Of a stretch of 64,000 bases of DNA, positions 48,749 to 56,648 are shown piece after piece (within the stretch, counting starts at the first letter, position 1; every line of letters begins with the position of its first letter). The notes below the pieces were generated by a model. The model ran no database searches. It was not told where the DNA came from and worked only from the letters and a program-made list of their open reading frames with translations. The translations under genes were made by a program, and so were the position numbers. This DNA comes from a bacterium. GTDB taxonomy: Bacteria; Patescibacteriota; Minisyncoccia; Phycocordibacterales; UBA6899. The stretch covers positions 10,242-74,241 of the forward strand of contig JAYTWK010000055.1 in the NCBI GenBank assembly GCA_043743715.1, read 5' to 3'.

Positions 48749-50266
48749 CTATTTGAGACTGAGTTTATATATCGAAACAAGGGTTGAAGATCCTACTTCC
48801 TTTGAAGTTTCAAAATACAGGATGCCAGAGGTTGATTTGTCCTCAACGAAGTTCCTTACATCATACTCTCCACTTATTTTTTGCCCATCGTAAATGAGAC
48901 TACCTTTTGCGGTTGGTTGCGGTTGGTCAAGGGTGATGTATGCAAGTTTCCCATTAACAGCTTTTAGAGAGAAGGGATTTATGATACCTGTTAGTTCTTT
49001 CTGATCATAAAAGGTGTGATATTCTCTGGCCGCACTGTCATATATTGAATATTCAAGCTTCCCAGCAATTTCACTAAATTGAGGATGGCTATCCATCTTT
49101 GTCTTCACGACTAATCGATTCCCGAGGAAAAGTCGTGTCTCTTTGGAAGCATAGTCCGTTACGAGGTAGGCTGGCTTCCCTATGACCTCAGTCAGTTTTT
49201 CAATACTGTTACCGGATTGAATCATGTTGCCATCAAAGTAAAGTTGCTGAGAATCCTCTGCTGTTTTACCACTAATGTAAGCGAGCTTCCCCGAAATTTT
49301 TCTTATCTCAATATTATATGAGCCGTCAGCAGTAATTTTTTTTCCATCTTCAAAAAGTGTTTGAGTGGTAGGATATTCGCTTCCTATAAATCCGCCAATA
49401 TCCTTAGGTGGGGTTTTATCGACATAGTTGAAAGTGGTATACGCAAGCTTACCATTATCCTCCTCTACGTAGTCTGGTATTTCAGTGGCAGAGATGACTG
49501 CTCCCCCATTGTAAAAAAGAGTATCAATATCAGCAGAAAAATCATGAATAATATACGAAATCCCTTTGCTGGTCTTTTGAAAGTTCTTTATGTCTTGCCC
49601 AGTTACAATTTTCTTTCCATCAAAGAGTAATGTCTTCTGTTTTGACGTTTTATCATAGACGGTATAAGCAAGTTTCCCGTCTACTTCTTTAATGTCAAAC
49701 ATATCAGTCAAACTTGTAACAGGAGCGGTCGCGAGCATCTCTGTACCATAATAAAGTGAGTGGGCTAAGGATTTTGTGTCATTACTGATATACATAAGTT
49801 TCCCAGCCAATTCCTGCATAATAAAAACATTTTCAGCAATCTTTGCCTCGTTCAAGAATAAAGAATTACCAAGATTATGTTTTATGGTGTATGCAATGTC
49901 ACCAGATGGAAGGAGGACGGATTCACCGAGATAAGTACCGGTACGGTCATTTGATTCCGCGAGTGTTTTAGCAACCTTTGCGTTGATAGTTAGTGTCTTT
50001 ACTAAAATTGGCTTCGACGATTGAGGGATACCCGCGACTGGATCAGCTGTACTTGTGCTACTACGATCAGTTGAGGTTGACACGGACGAACCCGCAAGAC
50101 TCTGCGTAACTGCTATAGTCCCTGATGCTTCTGGTTCAAGAAGTGAGCTCGAAGCAATATTACTCACAATAATGGTGGGATGATTTGTTAACAGATATCC
50201 TCCGACAAATACTGCGAGCACCAGCACCGCACCCCCGGTCACCAGCCATGAAACGATTTTATTCAT
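48749..50266 (-). CDS. Membrane-anchored surface protein with Ser/Thr linker and ~40-aa GKLAY repeats (beta-propeller-like)
   Basis: N-terminal TM MNKIVSWLVTG; GKLMY, GKLAY (x4), GKPAY, GKLEY. Confidence 0.78.
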   Translation of the reverse strand: MNKIVSWLVTGGAVLVLAVFVGGYLLTNHPTIIVSNIASSSLLEPEASGTIAVTQSLAGSSVSTSTDRSSTSTADPVAGIPQSSKPILVKTLTINAKVAKTLAESNDRTGTYLGESVLLPSGDIAYTIKHNLGNSLFLNEAKIAENVFIMQELAGKLMYISNDTKSLAHSLYYGTEMLATAPVTSLTDMFDIKEVDGKLAYTVYDKTSKQKTLLFDGKKIVTGQDIKNFQKTSKGISYIIHDFSADIDTLFYNGGAVISATEIPDYVEEDNGKLAYTTFNYVDKTPPKDIGGFIGSEYPTTQTLFEDGKKITADGSYNIEIRKISGKLAYISGKTAEDSQQLYFDGNMIQSGNSIEKLTEVIGKPAYLVTDYASKETRLFLGNRLVVKTKMDSHPQFSEIAGKLEYSIYDSAAREYHTFYDQKELTGIINPFSLKAVNGKLAYITLDQPQPTAKGSLIYDGQKISGEYDVRNFVEDKSTSGILYFETSKEVGSSTLVSIYKLSLK

Positions 50267-50355
50267 CCTAAAATTCTACCACGTTAGAGCCGAACGCTAT
50301 AGTATGTCCATTTTCCAATGTACGTTTTAATTGCTATAGCGGATAAACGTACATT

Positions 50356-50761
50356 CTACTTTTTCGAAGACTTCAGTTTTTTGGAATTCTTCTTCAGCCA
50401 GGCGGCGATGGCGGGAAGTTCGAGCTTGTCAGTAACGACCGAAAGAACGAAGCATTCAACTTCATCGTTTGTTGCCTCAAAAATATATCCGTTGGTTTCC
50501 AAAAAACGCACCGCCGGCGTAAACTTGTGGGCATATTTTCGTCCACGAACACATGGTACTTCGCAGTACTTTCTAAATAGCAGGCTGCTTTTATAAAGAC
50601 ATCGGGATACTTGTCTCTCCCTCTCCAAAGGCGGTCTTTGGACGCTCTATGATGGAGCGCAGGAGTTCGATCTCGCGCACGCCATGCGCGCCGCTTGTGG
50701 CGTCGACAATGCGCGCATGGATTACCAGCACTTCCGTTTCTGTCAGATATCGAAAGGTCAT
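50356..50761 (-). pseudogene. doc: Frameshifted Fic/Doc toxin
   Basis: MTFRYLTETEVLVIHARI...GVREIELLRSIIERPK; +2 shift in a GA run near 50620 and -1 shift near 50521 versus the paralog; motif decayed to HVFVDENMPT. Confidence 0.82.
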
Positions 50762-50766
50762 CGCTG

Positions 50767-51009
50767 TTATTTTTTTGAAAGCGCGTCGGGTGCGGGGCGG
50801 TAGCGCCTGATGAAGCTATCGGTCCAATCTACAACCTCACGATCAATATCATCGCCAGAAACTGCCTCAATCACCATACGTTTCGACTTCTTATCGACTA
50901 TCACATTCACCTGGTCGCCAATAGCAAGACCAAGCTCCTTGAGAGAGCCTTTTGGAATATTGACCGCAGCGGACGAACCGACTTTGAGTACTTTTTGAGT
51001 CATGCTCAT
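50767..51009 (-). CDS. AbrB/MazE/SpoVT-family antitoxin
   Basis: KVLKVGSSAAVNIPK...LGLAIGDQV; directly upstream of doc. Confidence 0.85.
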   Translation of the reverse strand: MSMTQKVLKVGSSAAVNIPKGSLKELGLAIGDQVNVIVDKKSKRMVIEAVSGDDIDREVVDWTDSFIRRYRPAPDALSKK

Positions 51010-51044
51010 ATATAATATGGGTCACGTGCCATGGTTCCCGAGAA

Positions 51045-51102
51045 CCGAACACACATCTCATGTTTGTTGTCGTACGACAACAAACATGAGATGTGTGTTC
51101 GG
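51045..51102. repeat. 58-bp perfect palindrome
   Basis: CCGAACACACATCTCATGTTTGTTGTCGT|ACGACAACAAACATGAGATGTGTGTTCGG. Confidence 0.95.
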
Positions 51103-51124
51103 CAAACTTTATTAAATGCAAACA

Positions 51125-52777
51125 TCACAGCCCCTTCACCATATACGTACCCTCAAGATGGTAGCCGAGATTGCGGTAGTATTGCCTCACACCGATACCG
51201 GAAATGACTGCGATTTTTTTATAACCTTTTTCTTTTGCTATGTTTTCTGCTTCTAACAAGAGTCGTCGCCCGAAGCCGACATGCTGACCCTGACTACCGT
51301 CCGCACCAACCTTGGTGTGCCTGCCGTAGGTATGGAGTTCGCGTATGAGCGCGGCACCTCTTAAGGTCGGAAGCGGCGCATCCTCTCCCCCGTTGTCGGG
51401 GAGGCGCAGACGAGTGAATGAGACAAGCTGTTGCTTATCTTTATTCTCATAACTCAGGAACATCTCGGTGCCCGAAGGCGTGCGATAGGTAATACTCGAA
51501 AGCGTGAAGTCGTCCGCGTTCACGACCGCCTCGCGCACTTCTCTGCAGCGGATACAGCGGCAGCGCCAGCCATTCATTTCCATATCCTTATCCATCACCT
51601 GACGCAGATTCGAGACTGTACTACCTGCTTTGATGTATGACGCGGGAATATCGCGATATACGCGCAAGATTCGTACATACGGCGGGACCAGCTTCTTTTC
51701 TTCGCGCATCACCTCGATGAGTTCCGGGTCGGTATATGCTTTGAATCCTCCTTGCTTCCAGGTTTCGTATAGTTCGCTGTGTTCAAGCACCATGCACGGA
51801 TAAATCTTGAGCATGTCGGGATGAAAATCTTCGCCTGAAAACAGTTCGGCGAACATACTGATGTCGCGCTCCTTAGTCGAACCGGGAAGATTTGGCATCA
51901 TGTGATAGACCATCTTAAATCCGGCATTTCGCAGGAGCTCGGTCGCGCGCTTTACTCGCTCTATCTTCATGTCGCGCTTCGTGAGTTTGAGTACGTCGTC
52001 ATCTAAATGCTGCACACCTATCTCGACCTTGGTCACACCAAATGTGCGCAGTCGTTCTATCTCAAACTGCGTGATGTAGTCAGGTCGCGTCTCGATTGAG
52101 AGTCCGATCATGCGACACTTCGCGCTCTCATTCTCATCCTGCAGTTTGAGGATATAGGCCAGTCTATCTTTGTATTCCTCGGTGCGTGAATCTTTGCCTG
52201 TACCGTAATCATTGCATGCGCGATAGCTGCCGATGAGAAACTCTTCTTGATACGATGGGTGATAGAAACTCCAGGTGCCGCCAATCACAATCATTTCAAT
52301 CTTGTCTGTCGGATGTCCGTTCATCTCGAGCGCCTTGAGTCGATTCGTGATCTGCATGTACGGATCGAAATCGTTCATCAGCGCACGCGCAGCTGCCGGC
52401 TCCTTGGCGAGATAACTCTTCGGCATTGAGACATCGGTCGGACAATAGGTGCACCGGCCCGGACATGCGAACGGTTTCGTGAGGAGTGAGACGACCGCGA
52501 CCCCGGAATTCGACTTCGTCTTTATCTTGCGCAAGAGGAGCAGCACTTCTTCGTCGCGCCCTTCGCTGCCCTCAGCAATCATTTCTTTATAGAGCGCGAT
52601 GAGCTCGGCCTGTGATGGCAGGTCACTTTTTCTTGCGGCAGCATGACGTACACCGTCTTTCGGGTAATGCATCTTGCTGCGGACATGCGTGAGGCGCGCC
52701 AGAAGCACATCATCCTTGATGATCTGCTTCCTCAGGCGATCAACGTCCTTATCGGTTTTGAGGGCTGCAAATAACAC
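51125..52777 (-). CDS. elp3: Elp3 tRNA wobble-uridine modification enzyme (radical SAM plus GNAT)
   Basis: SGVAVV, CPGRCTYCP, MPKSY, IETRPD, LKIYP, IRELHTYG, QHVGFG, ISGIGVRQYY. Confidence 0.92.
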   Translation of the reverse strand: MLFAALKTDKDVDRLRKQIIKDDVLLARLTHVRSKMHYPKDGVRHAAARKSDLPSQAELIALYKEMIAEGSEGRDEEVLLLLRKIKTKSNSGVAVVSLLTKPFACPGRCTYCPTDVSMPKSYLAKEPAAARALMNDFDPYMQITNRLKALEMNGHPTDKIEMIVIGGTWSFYHPSYQEEFLIGSYRACNDYGTGKDSRTEEYKDRLAYILKLQDENESAKCRMIGLSIETRPDYITQFEIERLRTFGVTKVEIGVQHLDDDVLKLTKRDMKIERVKRATELLRNAGFKMVYHMMPNLPGSTKERDISMFAELFSGEDFHPDMLKIYPCMVLEHSELYETWKQGGFKAYTDPELIEVMREEKKLVPPYVRILRVYRDIPASYIKAGSTVSNLRQVMDKDMEMNGWRCRCIRCREVREAVVNADDFTLSSITYRTPSGTEMFLSYENKDKQQLVSFTRLRLPDNGGEDAPLPTLRGAALIRELHTYGRHTKVGADGSQGQHVGFGRRLLLEAENIAKEKGYKKIAVISGIGVRQYYRNLGYHLEGTYMVKGL

Positions 52778-52880
52778 TTGCCAAGATTAGCAAATTGTTT
52801 GATTACTGGTAATTGACAACATGCATTATTAATTGAACTGTGCAGCTTGTTTTTCTTTTTGTGCACGATACACTCAAGGA

Positions 52881-53585
52881 ATGCGAGCTAATACTTCTAA
52901 AAAAATCCTTACCCAAAACCGAGAATCGTATGACAGGATGGCGAAAGAATTTTCCGGGACACGAAACACATTCTGGGAAGAGCTGGTATTCCTCAAGGAA
53001 CATGCGAACCCGGACATGCGGGTCTTGGATATCGGCTGCGGCAACGGCAGATTTTATCCGCTGGTGAAAGAGCGCACGGTACAGTATACCGGCGTCGATA
53101 ATTCACGAGGGCTATTAGATGAAGCGCACAGGAAATTCCCCGATGCAAATTTTGTACAGGGTGACGCGACAGCACTTCCCTTTCCCGACAATACGTTTGA
53201 TATTGCTTACTCGTTCGCGGTCGTGCATCACATCCCGGGACGCGAATTACAGAAAAAATTTTTTAGCGAGGCAGCGCGCGTGCTCTCCCCCGGAGGTACG
53301 CTCATCATCACTTCCTGGCAGCTCTGGCGCCCGCGTTATCTTTCACGACTACTTCCACAGCTACTCCGAAGTATTTTCTTTCTATCGCCGCTTGATGTTG
53401 GCGACATGATGCATACCTTTGGAAAGAATAAACATGTGCGATACCTACACGCATTCACCCACAAAGGACTTCTCCGTCTTATAGAAAGAAACGGCTTTGA
53501 TATCGTCGGCAGCGAGATAGTCGGTCGCGCGAGTGGCTCAGGCGAAAAAAATATTCTTGTCATCGCGACGAAAAGAATCGCATAG
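52881..53585 (+). CDS. SAM methyltransferase, Trm9/ALKBH8-like
   Basis: YDRMAKEFSGTR..W, LDIGCGNGR, AVVHHI, RYLHAF; TACACT 6 nt before ATG 52881. Confidence 0.78.
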   Translation: MRANTSKKILTQNRESYDRMAKEFSGTRNTFWEELVFLKEHANPDMRVLDIGCGNGRFYPLVKERTVQYTGVDNSRGLLDEAHRKFPDANFVQGDATALPFPDNTFDIAYSFAVVHHIPGRELQKKFFSEAARVLSPGGTLIITSWQLWRPRYLSRLLPQLLRSIFFLSPLDVGDMMHTFGKNKHVRYLHAFTHKGLLRLIERNGFDIVGSEIVGRASGSGEKNILVIATKRIA

Positions 53586-53593
53586 GATCCCGA

Positions 53594-54646
53594 TCATGCC
53601 TTCCCGAGAAGGGCGAGAATGTTGGTGATGAGTTGCTCAAGTCTTGAACGCTCTGATACTTGTCGCAATAGAAATGCATTGAGTGCTGCCTTATCGCCAA
53701 GTTTGATATAACGCTCGATTTTGTTTGCGCAGTCTTCCGGGTCGCGCAACTTGAAAACCAGTTCGTCCGCATGCGCTCCGAAGTATCCACGGAACGCTTC
53801 GTTTGAAACAATGGCAGGAATACCTGCGGCCATTGATTCAAGAACCGCCTTATCCATGCCGCCTGTCGGACACAGATTGAGTGAGAGGTCACTCTTCCAA
53901 TAATAGTTCGCAATTTCTCTATTTGGCACATTGCCGACAAAAACGACGTCCTCCTCGAGTTGGAGTTCCGAGATCAGTTCGTGGAGCATCTTTTCGTACG
54001 CGATATCCCCTTCCATCACCGCTTCACCGATCAGCATCACTTGAAGCTTGTGTCCGCGGTCGAGAAGAACACGGGTCGCGCGGATAAGGGTATCGAGATT
54101 CTTGATCGGAGTGATGCGACCGACTGAAACGATGGTAAACATGTCGTCATCTCTTTTACTATTTGTCGGTTTGGCAAATTTCGCAAGGTCGACCGCCTGA
54201 CCCATGAAGTTGCGCTTTTTGCTTTCGATGCGGAAGCTCTCTGGGGTTGAGGTATATGCGACATCAATCAATTTCTCCGCGACGCGCAGCTTGAGGTCGA
54301 CATTGCGGTGGATATACCACAGCGCAATCTTCTTTCTCAGGAGTTTCCACAAAGGCGCGCCCAGGATTACGTACGGCGGATTCATGTGGCAGAACACATG
54401 TGTATAATCATTGCGATATTTCCAAGAGTACCAGTAAAAACGCCTGACATATTTAAAAAGCGAACGACCATTCTCTTTGCCGAGCGAGAGTACTCGGACA
54501 TTGGGCGGAAGATTGTATGTTCCGGTCTCAAGAGAAATGACCGTGAGTTGTTCGCACTTCTGTGAGAACAGCACCAGCCAGTCGTGGAAGAAGCCGAAAT
54601 ACCCGTCGTCCTTATTGACCTTTTGAGTGATAACGAGAAGTTTCAT
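53594..54646 (-). CDS. GT4 glycosyltransferase
   Basis: MKLLVITQKV, VGRITPIKN, GGMDKAVLESMAAG. Confidence 0.9.
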   Translation of the reverse strand: MKLLVITQKVNKDDGYFGFFHDWLVLFSQKCEQLTVISLETGTYNLPPNVRVLSLGKENGRSLFKYVRRFYWYSWKYRNDYTHVFCHMNPPYVILGAPLWKLLRKKIALWYIHRNVDLKLRVAEKLIDVAYTSTPESFRIESKKRNFMGQAVDLAKFAKPTNSKRDDDMFTIVSVGRITPIKNLDTLIRATRVLLDRGHKLQVMLIGEAVMEGDIAYEKMLHELISELQLEEDVVFVGNVPNREIANYYWKSDLSLNLCPTGGMDKAVLESMAAGIPAIVSNEAFRGYFGAHADELVFKLRDPEDCANKIERYIKLGDKAALNAFLLRQVSERSRLEQLITNILALLGKA

Positions 54647-54770
54647 CCCGTTAGAGGTAGGAAGTGCTGCACTTCCGTAGTTTATTGTTAAATATCATAT
54701 GCAGATTTTTTGTAATATTTTCATCATATCTCGCGTAGCACCCAAACCGCGCACCTCTAACGGGATTCAT
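54642..54770. mobile_element. Start-codon-associated inverted-repeat element, copy 2
   Basis: ATCCCGTTAGAGGT(54645-58)/ACCTCTAACGGGAT(54753-66); flanking direct repeat TTCAT (ATGAA on minus strand). Confidence 0.75.
54651..54770 (-). CDS. Mini-ORF within element 2 (39 aa, MNPVRGARFG...STSYL)
   Basis: Open from the duplicated ATG to TAA in the inverted repeat, then CGGG-ATG. Confidence 0.4.
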   Translation of the reverse strand: MNPVRGARFGCYARYDENITKNLHMIFNNKLRKCSTSYL

Positions 54771-54800
54771 TATTCATATAAGCGATTATAACAGAATGCG

Positions 54801-55649
54801 CTACTCGTCGCCGTAGACCTCACGCAGGACTTGCAGGCTTTTTCCAGTATCACGAAGCATCTTATTGTTCTTCCGAACAATCGCATCAAGAAGCGCGATT
54901 CCTTCTGTGTCATCCGGTAGACGTTCCACATATGATTCAACCATTGCAGCAAAATCCTTTATGAAACAACTACCTCCTGCACCGCGCCCATCTTTGTGGA
55001 TCGGATCAAGATATTTCTCGGGAAACCAGGGATTGTGCAGGATAGCTTCCTTCACCGACTCCCACTTAACGCCATGCGCATGCGCGAGATCGTACAGAAG
55101 ATTGGTGTAGACAATCATCATCACCCCCATGGTGTTATGTGTATATTTGATGAACTCGGCGTCGACGGCAGAAACCTTCATGACGTGTTTCGCTTTTGGG
55201 AATATCTCTTCGACGAGCTGTGCTGCTTCATGATGAGCGCGGGTATCGCCTGCAAGCCCGATAATATTGCGTGAGGGCCGATCGACATCCTCGCGCGCAT
55301 ATGCCTCACGTAGGAATTCCGGGACATGAAGGATGGTGAGGTGCGGATGCTCTTCCTGGAGCCGAGCCGTCGTTCCCTTCTGCACGGTAGATTTGATCAC
55401 CACCGTCTGTCCTTTCGAAAGAATAGTGAGCGCATCACGCACATAACTGTCGTCAAACGCACCGTCTACCGATGGGGTTGGTACCGCAATGATCACCAGA
55501 TCCGATTCCTGGATCCTCGATTTATTTTCGATATGCATAGGGTCAAGACTGTAGCGAATGACTTTGAAACCGCGGTCCTCAAAATTGTCGGCATAATTCT
55601 TTCCGACATACCCCTGACCGATGACACCGATGACAGGTTTAGTGTTCAT
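54801..55649 (-). CDS. Short UDP-glucose/GDP-mannose dehydrogenase-family protein
   Basis: IGQGYVG, AVPTP, IKST, PEFLRE, AEFIKY, GAGGSCFIKD. Confidence 0.85.
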   Translation of the reverse strand: MNTKPVIGVIGQGYVGKNYADNFEDRGFKVIRYSLDPMHIENKSRIQESDLVIIAVPTPSVDGAFDDSYVRDALTILSKGQTVVIKSTVQKGTTARLQEEHPHLTILHVPEFLREAYAREDVDRPSRNIIGLAGDTRAHHEAAQLVEEIFPKAKHVMKVSAVDAEFIKYTHNTMGVMMIVYTNLLYDLAHAHGVKWESVKEAILHNPWFPEKYLDPIHKDGRGAGGSCFIKDFAAMVESYVERLPDDTEGIALLDAIVRKNNKMLRDTGKSLQVLREVYGDE

Positions 55650-56614
55650 GATGATACGGTTTCTTGCGACATCTTGCACACACAAGTGGCTCCCTTGTCG
55701 TTCACCTTACACACACAGAGTACTTCATCACCGTAGACACTCTCAAGAAGGTCGAGGTCTTTGTGGGTGGAGCGCAGCAGGTAATTGTTTGTCGCTTCAA
55801 ACGAGCGCAGTAAGGAATGCGCATGCGTATCCTCCGGGAACACTTCTTCATAATGAAGACGCAACGCCGCGAAGTCCTTGATGAAGCAGTGCCCACCCGC
55901 GCCCCGCCCCGCGATCTTCCCCATATGCGTATGCTGATGCACCGGAAGCATGTGCGAAGCACCGATGCGCGAGTCGGCGCTCATGTTCCTTGCAATGATA
56001 TCCCAGTTTGCTCCGTGGTGCCGCGCGAGGTCATAGAGCGTGTTCATGTATACCACTTTCATATAGAGAAAATTGTTGCCGCCGTACTTGGTGAGCTCGG
56101 CCTCAGGCGCGCTGCAGATTACCTTGTACGGTGCGGGCGGAAGCACCGAGAGCACCTCCTCTGCGCGCGCTCTCCACTTAAGATCGTCGACGTACTTGCT
56201 CGGAATGCCGATAATATTACGCTCAGGCTCTGCAATATCCTTCTTGACCGAAGTCTCGCGCAAAAATTCCGGAGCATGCATGACGAATACTCCCGGATTC
56301 TCCGCTGCAATACGGTCAGTGGTACCGGGAATGATAGTCGATTTAATCACCACCGTCTGTCCGGGGCTCGTGTGCTTCATCGCCTGACGCAGGATGCTAT
56401 CATCGAAGCCTTCGGGTGTGGTCGGGGTCGGGACCGCAACGAAAATGATGTCTGCTTCTTTGAGCAACTCTTTGTTTTTGTTGTATGGCTCCTCATGCGC
56501 AAAGCGGATAGTAGAATGACCGCGCTCTTCGAAGTTGTCCGCAAGGTTTTTGCCGATCCATCCCTGTCCAATGAACCCAAGAGACAGTTTCTTGCTTGTA
56601 TTCATAGTATCCAT
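55646..56614 (-). CDS. Short UDP-glucose/GDP-mannose dehydrogenase-family protein (tandem paralog)
   Basis: IGQGWIG, AVPTP, IKST, PEFLRE, AELTKY, GAGGHCFIKD; start uncertain. Confidence 0.85.
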   Translation of the reverse strand: MDTMNTSKKLSLGFIGQGWIGKNLADNFEERGHSTIRFAHEEPYNKNKELLKEADIIFVAVPTPTTPEGFDDSILRQAMKHTSPGQTVVIKSTIIPGTTDRIAAENPGVFVMHAPEFLRETSVKKDIAEPERNIIGIPSKYVDDLKWRARAEEVLSVLPPAPYKVICSAPEAELTKYGGNNFLYMKVVYMNTLYDLARHHGANWDIIARNMSADSRIGASHMLPVHQHTHMGKIAGRGAGGHCFIKDFAALRLHYEEVFPEDTHAHSLLRSFEATNNYLLRSTHKDLDLLESVYGDEVLCVCKVNDKGATCVCKMSQETVSS

Positions 56615-56648
56615 AACTGCACATGCTCTCAAATTGTCGCACAACCCT

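Noticed and set aside
54647-54657. prfB-like +1 programmed frameshift at (C/T)TC TAA C joining mini-ORF and host gene
   Set aside because: Shifting would need re-pairing to TCT, which is poor, and no upstream SD-like stimulator is evident; re-initiation is simpler
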